A stretch of DNA of 21,182 nucleotides, taken from IMG/VR virus record IMGVR_UViG_2734482544_000002; one strand, given 5' to 3'. Position numbers and translations under genes: made by a program. Below the pieces are notes generated by a model. That model was not told the DNA's origin. It did no database searches and worked only from the letters and a program-made list of their open reading frames with translations. Shown here one piece after another: positions 10,331-21,182 of the stretch. The stretch is from a virus (taxonomy: Duplodnaviria > Heunggongvirae > Uroviricota > Caudoviricetes). Position 1 is the first letter of the stretch, and every line of letters starts with the position of its first letter.

Positions 10331-11071
10331 TTAACTGGCGGTGACGTTGATTTCTGCAACCGCAGCAAACTCACCATTACCAGATACGACCGGAATGTTG
10401 ACCTTGCCTGCAGCAACACCTTTCACGGTGATGGTCATACCACTGACCGACACGGTGGCTTTTGTTTTATCCGCAGACACCGCACGGAAGCTCTTGTCGG
10501 TTGCGCCATCCGGCTGGAATGCCACGGTCAGCGTGGTGCTCTGCCCTTTCACTACGGAAGCACTGGCGGGTGTCACCGTCATGCCGGTCGTCGCCGTCAC
10601 CGTGCTGCGATCTTCTGCCATCGACGGACGTCCCACATTGGTGACCTTCACCGTGCGGGTAATCACCTCCTTCGCCGTCACCGCCTTACCGATACTGCTG
10701 ACCCAGCCACGGAACACATCGACCGTGCCGTTCGGGAAGCGGATTTTATAGGCACGGGTATCACCTTCATTAAACCACGCCAGCAGCGCCTGCTGCCCCT
10801 GCTCTCCGGGCATCCACGCCAGCGTGAAGCTGGTATCTCCGGCAGATTTCTGCCCCTGCCCGGTCGCAGTCCAGTCTGCATCTTCATCATCGAGATAGCT
10901 GTCGTCATAGGACTCAGCGGTCAGTTCGCCGGGCGTCAGGTCTTTAACTTTTGCCAGACGCGACCAGTCAACGTCTGAAAGCGGGTTCGCATAAGGGTCA
11001 CCGCTCCCCTTATAAACCCACAGGGTGGTCCCGGCACCTTTCACCGGCATTGTAGGATTTGGTACAGGCAT
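10331..11071 (-). CDS. V: Major tail tube protein V, with C-terminal Ig-like (Big_2) domain
   Basis: Track ORF is 256 aa from 11101; the start at Met11 ([22 protein letters not shown]…) gives 246 aa as in lambda V and lies 7 nt after the U stop. C-terminal …[18 protein letters not shown]. Confidence 0.9.
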   Translation of the reverse strand: MPVPNPTMPVKGAGTTLWVYKGSGDPYANPLSDVDWSRLAKVKDLTPGELTAESYDDSYLDDEDADWTATGQGQKSAGDTSFTLAWMPGEQGQQALLAWFNEGDTRAYKIRFPNGTVDVFRGWVSSIGKAVTAKEVITRTVKVTNVGRPSMAEDRSTVTATTGMTVTPASASVVKGQSTTLTVAFQPDGATDKSFRAVSADKTKATVSVSGMTITVKGVAAGKVNIPVVSGNGEFAAVAEINVTAS

Positions 11072-11078
11072 AGCGTCC

Positions 11079-11474
11079 TCACATTTCATAGATAATGACA
11101 TAAGTCAGATCGGCTGAACTCCACAGGCCCGCATCATCGTCGCGCCGGTAGTCATAGCCGCTGGCCACCATACTGGTGATCAAATCTGACAGTGCCGGGA
11201 TATCGCTCATCACAGGATAAATCCGGGACTCCATCCACGAATCCAGCTCTGAATCCGGCACCTGAGCAGGCAGGAAAACTTCAATATGCAGCTCCGCCTG
11301 CCAGGTATCGCTGTCCAGCTCTTCGCCCGTGTATTCAGCGCCGGTGAGATAAACGGCAATTGCCGGAAAATCTTCCTCATCAAAAACAGCGGGGCGACCA
11401 TCAAAAAGCGTCGCCCCGGTGTCATGCTTCTCCAGTGCATCCAGTACGGCTGCACGGAGTTCAGTATGTTTCAT
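11079..11474 (-). CDS. U: Tail terminator protein U
   Basis: 131-aa ORF, the same length as lambda gpU; ATGA overlap with Z; position between Z and V. Confidence 0.88.
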   Translation of the reverse strand: MKHTELRAAVLDALEKHDTGATLFDGRPAVFDEEDFPAIAVYLTGAEYTGEELDSDTWQAELHIEVFLPAQVPDSELDSWMESRIYPVMSDIPALSDLITSMVASGYDYRRDDDAGLWSSADLTYVIIYEM

Positions 11475-12049
11475 CGCTTTATTACCATTCTCAGTTGATG
11501 CTGCAGCGCATAGCCCAGCTCTTTCGGAAGACGTTCACGCCGTATCCGTTCAATATTCTGTTTAAACGCCGTGGTCAGCGGCACCGCCATCGGGATTTTC
11601 ACCACATCAATGGGGTAACGGTTTTTCCCGGCCACACGCTGCATAACATGCCACCGGCCGTTTTTCAGTTGCTGAATAAACGCGCCGGGAATACGACGGT
11701 TACCCACCACAAGCACGCTGCCGCCACCTTTCAGGGATGAACGCTGCCCCTTTTTATGACGCCTGCGGCGGGACAGGACAACCCGCGCATTACCCAGCTT
11801 GATTACGGGCAAATCCCCCCGGTTAACTTTGATTCTGGCCTGCGGATTTTTGACCGTGGCCCTTTTCAGCCTGGCCCTTTCCTTTACCAGTTTCCGGCGT
11901 ACCTTTGTCTCACGGGCAACCTGTGACGCAGACTGCGATATCGCGGATGAAGCAACGCGGTTAATGGCCATTGCGGCGGCACCGGGCACCGCCGTTTTGC
12001 TGATACGGCTGAGGTTTTCAACGGCCTGCTCAAGACCTTTTATGGCCAT
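11471..12049 (-). CDS. Z: Tail completion protein Z
   Basis: 192-aa ORF, the same length as lambda gpZ; position between FII and U. Confidence 0.85.
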   Translation of the reverse strand: MAIKGLEQAVENLSRISKTAVPGAAAMAINRVASSAISQSASQVARETKVRRKLVKERARLKRATVKNPQARIKVNRGDLPVIKLGNARVVLSRRRRHKKGQRSSLKGGGSVLVVGNRRIPGAFIQQLKNGRWHVMQRVAGKNRYPIDVVKIPMAVPLTTAFKQNIERIRRERLPKELGYALQHQLRMVIKR

Positions 12050-12060
12050 ACATCCCCCTT

Positions 12061-12414
12061 TCAGCGGCGACGGTTAACGGCAGGCGGTACGCCCCGTCCA
12101 AGCCAGAGATGACAACTTCCGCCATCATCCGGCGAAACCCGATCTACCCAGAAATTTTCCTCACCGATGGTCAGCGTGTCTCCACGCCGCAGCTGCCGCA
12201 CCTCATCAGTCCGGACAAACAGGGACGGGCTGGAGCCTTCAACGCGCACGCCCTGTCCGGCATAGCTGATATTTTCAGGGTCATCAAAAACACCACGTAT
12301 CACCGCACCTGACTGCTCACCGGATGTCATGGTGGCTGACGTTCCCATGTACCCGCGTATCGTTTCATCGGCGCGGGCAATGGCAGCATCGAACAGGTTA
12401 TCGAAATCAGCCAC
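12061..12414 (-). CDS. FII: Head-tail connector (head completion) protein FII
   Basis: 117-aa ORF, the same length as lambda gpFII; position after FI. Confidence 0.85.
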   Translation of the reverse strand: MADFDNLFDAAIARADETIRGYMGTSATMTSGEQSGAVIRGVFDDPENISYAGQGVRVEGSSPSLFVRTDEVRQLRRGDTLTIGEENFWVDRVSPDDGGSCHLWLGRGVPPAVNRRR

Positions 12415-12425
12415 AGCGCCTCCCG

Positions 12426-12824
12426 TTATTGCATTCTGGCCAGGCCGCGCTCTGTCATTTCGGCTGCCACACCGGCAGAGACACGAAACGCCGTTCCCGG
12501 CAGCACAAATGCCACAGGTTTATCCCGCGTGGCGTGAAGTGCATCAGTATGCAGCGTCACCAGTGCCACGACCGTGACCAGTTCAGCCGTATCCTGAATC
12601 ACGGTATCCGGCTGCGCTGATACCACCTCATTTTCATGCCCGGTCAGCACATTTTCCCGGCTGAGAGGGGTGTCCTGACCGGCAGTTTCATCCGTGTCAT
12701 CAAGCTCTTCTTCCAGCTCTGCCACACGAAGCGCCAGTTCTTCTTTCGTTCCCGTCAAACTGACATCGCGGTTCAATTGCTCACCCAGCTCCTGAAGACG
12801 GGCAATCAGTTCATCTTTCGTCAT
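12426..12824 (-). CDS. FI: DNA packaging protein FI
   Basis: Track ORF is 145 aa from 12863; the start at MTKDELIARLQELGEQLNRD… gives 132 aa and sits 41 nt after the E stop, as in lambda. Confidence 0.82.
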   Translation of the reverse strand: MTKDELIARLQELGEQLNRDVSLTGTKEELALRVAELEEELDDTDETAGQDTPLSRENVLTGHENEVVSAQPDTVIQDTAELVTVVALVTLHTDALHATRDKPVAFVLPGTAFRVSAGVAAEMTERGLARMQ

Positions 12825-12865
12825 GAACTCCTCCACAGAGAGAAAATGGCCCCGAAGGGCCATGA

Positions 12866-13891
12866 TTACGCCAGTTGAACGGACACGAACTCATCAGGAT
12901 CAGCCAGCAGCATCAGCGGTGCTGACTGAATCATGGTGAACTCACGCGCCGGATCGCCGGTGGTCACCCAGTTTTTCGGGTAACGGGCAGAAGCGTTAAT
13001 GCCTTCGCGCTGTGCGTCCGCATCCTGAATGCAGCCATAGGTGCGCAGACCGCGAGCCTGAGTGTTCCCCAGCACCATCGTGTTGTCCGGCAGGAAGTTC
13101 TTTTTGACGCCGTTTTCCACGTACTGTCCGGAATACACGACGATGGCCACATCGCCATACATTCCCTTATAGGACACCGCTTTGCCCAGGTCTTTTACCG
13201 CTGTCTCCAGCTCGGAATGAGAGCCGCGACGGGTATCCAGCTTCTCCTTGACGGCTTTGAAGGAACGGAACAGCGCCCAGCCTTTCGGGTCAAACACGAT
13301 GATATTCACCACACCGCTGGCGTTCAGCGCGTAGGCTTCGATATCGTCGGTCGGGTCATACGTGGACTTGTCACGCTTGCTCCACTCCGTGACGCCGGAC
13401 TGTGTGATGTTGTTCGCCGCACTGCGGCCCATATCCACCTCAACCGGATCGAAGGCTTCACCGGTCATGGTGTATTTGCCCTTGAGCACGGCAGAAACTG
13501 CCTGCATCTCTTCGACCTGAGCAATGGCCAGCTCTTCGTCACGCATGTTCTGCATGATGATGCGACGGCGGCGGTAAGCCGGGTCCGCCAGATTCTGCGG
13601 ATCTTCATCCGGCAGGCGACGCAGGGTCATCTGCGGATTCACCTCATGCTTGGGTTTGACATATCCCGGCGTAAATTCAGAGGTGGAGCCGCCACGGGAA
13701 CGGATAACCTCACCGGAAACAATCGGCGAAACGTACAGCGCCATGTTTACCAGTCCCGGAATTTGTGAGAGATAGACTTTCTCCGTAGTGAAGGGATAGC
13801 TCTCACGGAAAAAGAGACGCAGAAACAGCGGATCAAACTTAAATTTCTGCTCATTTGCCGCCAGCAGCTGGGCGGTTGTGTACATCGACAT
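12866..13891 (-). CDS. E: Major capsid protein E (HK97-like fold)
   Basis: Track ORF is 350 aa; the internal start MSMYTTAQLLAANEQKFKFDPLFLRLFFRESYPF… gives 341 aa and is recognisably lambda gpE. Confidence 0.93.
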   Translation of the reverse strand: MSMYTTAQLLAANEQKFKFDPLFLRLFFRESYPFTTEKVYLSQIPGLVNMALYVSPIVSGEVIRSRGGSTSEFTPGYVKPKHEVNPQMTLRRLPDEDPQNLADPAYRRRRIIMQNMRDEELAIAQVEEMQAVSAVLKGKYTMTGEAFDPVEVDMGRSAANNITQSGVTEWSKRDKSTYDPTDDIEAYALNASGVVNIIVFDPKGWALFRSFKAVKEKLDTRRGSHSELETAVKDLGKAVSYKGMYGDVAIVVYSGQYVENGVKKNFLPDNTMVLGNTQARGLRTYGCIQDADAQREGINASARYPKNWVTTGDPAREFTMIQSAPLMLLADPDEFVSVQLA

Positions 13892-13946
13892 AAAAAAATC
13901 CCGTAAAAAAAGCCACACAGGCGGCCTTTAGTGATGAAGGGTAAAG

Positions 13947-14279
13947 TTAAACGATGCTGATTGCCGTTCCGGCAAACACGGTCCGTTTTTTCGTCTCGTC
14001 GCTGGCAGCCTCCGGCCAGAGCACATCCTCATAACGGAACGTGCCGGACTTGTAGAACGTCAGTGTGGTGCTGGTCTGGTCAGCAGCAACCGCAAGAATG
14101 CCAACGGCAGCACCGTCGGTGGTGCCATCCCACGCAACCAGCTTACGGGTGGAGGTGTCCAGCATCAGCGGGGTCATTGCAGGCGCTTTCGCACTCAATC
14201 CGCCGGGCGCGGTTGCGGTATGAGCCGGGTCACTATTGCCCAGCGGCTGGTAATGGGTAAAGGTTTCTTTGCTCGTCAT
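13947..14279 (-). CDS. D: Capsid decoration protein D
   Basis: [41 protein letters not shown]…, 110 aa from the second Met; recognisably lambda gpD. Confidence 0.93.
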   Translation of the reverse strand: MTSKETFTHYQPLGNSDPAHTATAPGGLSAKAPAMTPLMLDTSTRKLVAWDGTTDGAAVGILAVAADQTSTTLTFYKSGTFRYEDVLWPEAASDETKKRTVFAGTAISIV

Positions 14280-14288
14280 AAACATCCC

Positions 14289-14894
14289 TTACACTGGTGT
14301 GTTCAGCAAATCGTTAACGGCATCAGATGCCGGGTTACCTGCAGCCAGCGGTGCCGGTGCCCCCTGCATCAGACGATCCAGCGCAGTGTCACTGCGCGTC
14401 TGTGCACTCTGTGGTGCTGCGGCCAGAATACGGCGGGCCGTTTCCACGGTCATACCGGGGGTTTCGGCCAGCACGCGTGCCTGTTCTTCGCGTCCGTGAG
14501 CCTCCTCACAGTTGAGGATCCCCATAATGCGACTGTTTTCTGCCGCAACCGCTGCGGTGATCTGCGCGTTCACGTCCGGCTGCGCCGCGCTGGCGTTCTC
14601 GCCCTCCGTCGCTTGCACCACGCCAGTAACGTCAGCCTGCGAAGCAGTGGCTGAAACAGTTGTTGATTGAGTCTCTTTGGTCATTCGCCCTCCTGAGAGA
14701 CGGGATTTACGTGCATCCAGTGCATCACGCATGACGGTGATCGCATCGGTACTGTTAACAAGTTCATCAGCCAGTCCGGCATCAATGGCCTCCTGACCGC
14801 TGTACACTGCAGCCTCGGTATCCAGCACAGCCTGCACGGACAGGCCGGTATATGCCGACACCTTCTGTGCAAACATCCGGCGGGTTGCATCCAT
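14289..14894 (-). CDS. Nu3: Scaffolding protein Nu3, nested in-frame in the 3' third of C
   Basis: In-frame Met at residue 284 of the track ORF (…QSR-MDATRRMFAQKVSAYTG…) gives a 201-aa product sharing the C stop, matching the lambda C/Nu3 arrangement. Confidence 0.7.
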   Translation of the reverse strand: MDATRRMFAQKVSAYTGLSVQAVLDTEAAVYSGQEAIDAGLADELVNSTDAITVMRDALDARKSRLSGGRMTKETQSTTVSATASQADVTGVVQATEGENASAAQPDVNAQITAAVAAENSRIMGILNCEEAHGREEQARVLAETPGMTVETARRILAAAPQSAQTRSDTALDRLMQGAPAPLAAGNPASDAVNDLLNTPV

Positions 14895-15588
14895 CCGGGA
14901 CTGCAATGTTTCCCGGACATCATCCGGTAGATGGCTGTAGGGGTTGCCATCCACCTTATGGCTGCCGCTGTAAATCAGCGTGATTTCCACGCCCTGTTTC
15001 TCCAGTGCAGCGCCGTAATTACTGTGAGCCATCATGACGCCGATGGAGCCTGTCCGGGCGGTCTGCGTGACCAGACGCCGGGAGGCGGCACTGGCAAGCA
15101 GCTGACCTGCGCTGCAGTTCATGTCATTGGCCAGCGCCCATACCGGCTTTATGTCACGCACACGGGCGATGATGTCAGCGCAGTCAAATGCTCCCGCCAC
15201 CATTCCGCCCGGTGTGTCCATATCGAGCAGAATGCCGTCCACCATCGGGTCGCTGGCAGCCTGTTGCAGACGGGCGATAATGCCGTTGTAACCGGTCATC
15301 CCCGAGTACGGCTGCAGCGCCCGCGTCCGGCTGACCAGCGTGCCGGACACCGGCAGCACGGCGATGCCGTTCATTACCTGATAACTGCGGGCCTGTCGTG
15401 GTCCGTCATCATCACCGGATAACGCCAGCGCCGCGGGTGCCTCTCCGGCAGTCAGGCTGTCGCCGGATACTGCATCCGTCAGGCAGCTGATCCCAAGCTG
15501 GCCTGCAAGCGCACAAAAGAAAACCCGCGCATAGGCGGGTTCAAGCATCAGCGGCTCATTAAAAGCCATGCTGGCAATATGCGGGAGA

Positions 15589-15608
<20 letters not shown>
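14289..15608 (-). CDS. C: Head protease / minor capsid protein C (S49/ClpP-like serine protease), likely GTG start
   Basis: Track ORF is 484 aa from 15743; a start at codon 46 (V, GTG; …VTAELRNLPHIASMAFNEPLML…) gives 439 aa and a 20-nt overlap with the B stop, as in lambda. S49-peptidase-like core (…DTPGGMVAGAFD…). Confidence 0.88.
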
Positions 15609-19289
<3,681 letters not shown>

Positions 19290-19315
<26 letters not shown>

Positions 19316-19835
19316 TCAGCAACCCCGGTATCAGTTCATCCAGCGCGGCTGCTTTGTTCATGGCTTTGATGATATCCCGTTTCAGGAAATCAACATGTCG
19401 GTTTTCCAGTTCCGGAAAACGCCGCTGCACCGACAGGGGGATCCCGTCGAGAATACTGGCAATTTCACCTGCGATCCGCGACAGCACGAAAGTACAGAAT
19501 GCGGTTTCCACCACTTCAGCGGAGTCTCTGGCATTTTTCAGCTCCTGTGCGTCGGCCTGCGCACGCGTAAGTCGATGGCGTTCGTACTCAATAGTCCCTG
19601 GCTGGAGATCTGTCTCGCTGGCCTGCCGCAGTTCTTCAACTTCCCGGCGCAGCTTTTCGTTCTCAATTTCAGCATCCCTTTCGGCATACCATCTTATAAC
19701 GGCGGCAGAGTCATAAAGCACCTCATTACCCTTGCCACCGCCTCGCAGAACGGGCATTCCCTGTTCCTGCCAGTTCTGAATGGTACGGATACTCGCACCG
19801 AAAATGTCAGCCAGCTGCTTTTTGTTGACTTCCAT
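19290..19835 (-). CDS. Nu1: Terminase small subunit Nu1 (winged-HTH cosB-binding)
   Basis: 181 aa, MEVNKKQLADIFGASIRTIQNWQEQGMPVLRGGGKGNEVLYDSAAVI…; first gene after cos. Confidence 0.93.
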
Positions 19836-20012
19836 TGTTCATTCCACGGACAAAAACAGAGAAAGGAAACGACAGAGGCCAAAAAGCCCGTTTTCAGCAC
19901 CTGTCGTTTCCTTTCTTTTCAGGGGGTGTTTTAAATAAAAACATTAGGTTACGGCGAAGAAGAACGGAAACGCCTTAAACCGGAAAATTGTCATAAATAG
20001 CGAAAACCCGCG
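19836..20012 (-). promoter_or_regulatory. cosB region (Nu1 R-sites and IHF-binding region) between cosN and the Nu1 start
   Basis: Reverse complement reads …CGCGGGTTTTCGCTATTTATGACAATTTTCCGGTTTAAGGCGTTTCCGTTCTTCTTCG…, closely resembling the lambda left-end cosB sequence as I recall it. Confidence 0.7.
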
Positions 20013-20024
20013 CGCCTTCCGCCC
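20013..20024 (-). other. Putative cosN core (position of the 12-nt cohesive end), uncut in the prophage
   Basis: Minus strand reads CGACAGGTTACG|GGGCGGAAGGCG|CGCGGGTTTTCGC. Flanks match lambda cos, but the 12-mer differs from canonical GGGCGGCGACCT in its last 6 nt. Confidence 0.55.
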
Positions 20025-20223
20025 CGTAACCTGTCGGATCGCCGGAAAGGACCCGCAAAATGATAATAATTATCATCTACATGTCACAACGTGCATCTAC
20101 GCCATCAAACCACGTCAAATAATCAATTATGACGCAGGTATCGTATTAATTGATCTGCATCAACTTAACGTAAAAACAACTTCAGACAATACAAATCAGC
20201 GACACTGAATACAGGGCAACCTC

Positions 20224-20457
20224 ATGTCAACGAAGAACAGAACCCGCAGAACAACAACCCGCAACATCCGCTTTCCTAACCAAATGATTGAACAAATTAA
20301 CATCGCTCTTGTTCAAAAAGGGTCCGGGAATTTCTCAGCCTGGGTCATTGAAGCCTGCCGCCGGAGACTGTGCTCAGAAAAAAGAGTTTCGCCTGAAGCA
20401 AACAAAGAAAAGAGTGACATTACTGAATTGCTCAGAAAACAGGTTAGACCAGATTGA
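20224..20457 (+). CDS. Small ribbon-helix-helix-like DNA-binding protein (77 aa), antisense to the late operon
   Basis: MSTKNRTRRTTTRNIRFPNQMIEQINIALVQKGSGNFSAWVIEACRRRL…: basic N-terminal tail, a short beta-strand (RNIRFP), helix, G-x-G/S turn, second helix, the Arc/MetJ/CopG pattern. Possibly the DUF3950 (YlcI/YnfO-like) family of lambdoid prophages; family assignment is from memory. Confidence 0.6.
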   Translation: MSTKNRTRRTTTRNIRFPNQMIEQINIALVQKGSGNFSAWVIEACRRRLCSEKRVSPEANKEKSDITELLRKQVRPD

Positions 20458-20499
20458 AGCAATTTAGATAATCGTGCAGACTACGCCCCCTCATATCAC

Positions 20500-20925
20500 A
20501 TGGAAGGTACTACAATGGCTCAGGTTGCCATTTTTAAACAAATATTCGATAAAGTGCGAAATAATTTAAACTATCACTGGTTTTATTCTGAACTAAAACG
20601 TCACAATGTCTCACATTACATTTACTATTTAGCCACAGAGAATATTCATCTTGTTCTTGAAAACGATAATACGGTTTTAATAAAAGGACAGGGTAAGGTT
20701 GTAAATGTAAGATTTTCAAAAAATAAATGCCTTATAGAAGCCACCTTAAAAGGATTCAAATCAGGAGAGTTATCATTTTACGAATACAGGAAAAATCTTG
20801 CTACAGCAGGGGTTTTCAGATGGATTACAAATATCCACGAAAACAAAAGGTATTACTATACCTTTGATAATTCATTACTCTTTACTGAGAACATACAGAA
20901 CACTACACAAATATTTCCGCACTAA
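20500..20925 (+). CDS. AT-rich hypothetical protein (141 aa), possibly DUF1398-like 'phage envelope protein' family
   Basis: Clean ORF in a markedly AT-rich stretch (Asn/Lys/Tyr/Ile-rich product: …[22 protein letters not shown]…[22 protein letters not shown]…); same strand and 42 nt downstream of the RHH ORF; followed by a hairpin. No recognisable catalytic motif. Confidence 0.55.
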   Translation: MEGTTMAQVAIFKQIFDKVRNNLNYHWFYSELKRHNVSHYIYYLATENIHLVLENDNTVLIKGQGKVVNVRFSKNKCLIEATLKGFKSGELSFYEYRKNLATAGVFRWITNIHENKRYYYTFDNSLLFTENIQNTTQIFPH

Positions 20926-20933
20926 ATCATAAC

Positions 20934-20962
20934 GTCCGGTTTCTTCCGTGCCAGAACCGGAC
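20934..20962 (+). terminator. Stem-loop (8-bp stem gtccggtt/aaccggac, 13-nt loop) 9 nt after the stop of ORF 20500..20925
   Basis: Perfect inverted repeat in the sequence. No downstream T-run, so not a canonical intrinsic terminator; it could be a processing or regulatory hairpin. Confidence 0.3.
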
Positions 20963-21182
20963 TCGCTGGCATGATGAAATATGTGTACCCGGTAACCCCG
21001 GTGTGCATCGTTTTTGATTATTCCCGCACACTCGCGCAGAAGGAGTTCCCCGTCGGGCTACGGTCTCTGTTAATACGGGAATACGGCGACGATTGGATTT
21101 GCCCCTATATTTCCAGACATCTGTTATCACTTAACCCATTACAAGCCCGCTGCCGCAGATATTCCCGTGGCGAGCGATAACC

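Noticed and set aside
10341-10751. Plus-strand ORF (136 aa) antisense to major tail gene V
   Set aside because: Entirely within V on the opposite strand; V is the confident call.
12866-13918. Longer 350-aa form of E (and longer track forms of D, V, FI, C)
   Set aside because: Upstream in-frame Mets give N-terminal extensions that overlap neighbouring genes; the internal starts reproduce lambda protein lengths and the lambda intergenic spacing.
14931-15422. Plus-strand ORF (163 aa) antisense to C, and plus ORF 16756..17196 antisense to B
   Set aside because: Embedded antisense in confidently identified head genes; no independent support.
20100-20223. Sigma70 promoter for the plus-strand RHH ORF
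   Set aside because: Only weak -35/-10-like hexamers (e.g. ttgatc, ttaacg, aataca) with imperfect spacing; not reliable without transcript data.

Overview
This window is almost entirely the late morphogenetic operon of a lambda-like (Siphoviridae, cos-type) prophage, encoded on the minus strand in lambda gene order. Reading right to left: cos, Nu1, A, W, B, C/Nu3, D, E, FI, FII, Z, U, V, G/G-T, H, M, L, K, I and the 5' two-thirds of J, whose 3' end runs off the window start. ORF lengths match phage lambda almost one-for-one, and several translations are recognisably the lambda proteins. On the plus strand beyond cos there are two small ORFs antisense to the late operon: a ribbon-helix-helix-like 77-aa protein and an AT-rich 141-aa protein. 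I did not find a clearly novel multi-gene system. The most notable items are a diverged ~1.1 kb duplicated J segment flanking two N-gaps (likely a scaffold problem or a second J allele), a possibly non-canonical cosN core, and the small RHH plus AT-rich ORF pair next to cos. No rRNA, tRNA, CRISPR array or IS element was detected. Comparisons to lambda are from memory, not from a search.
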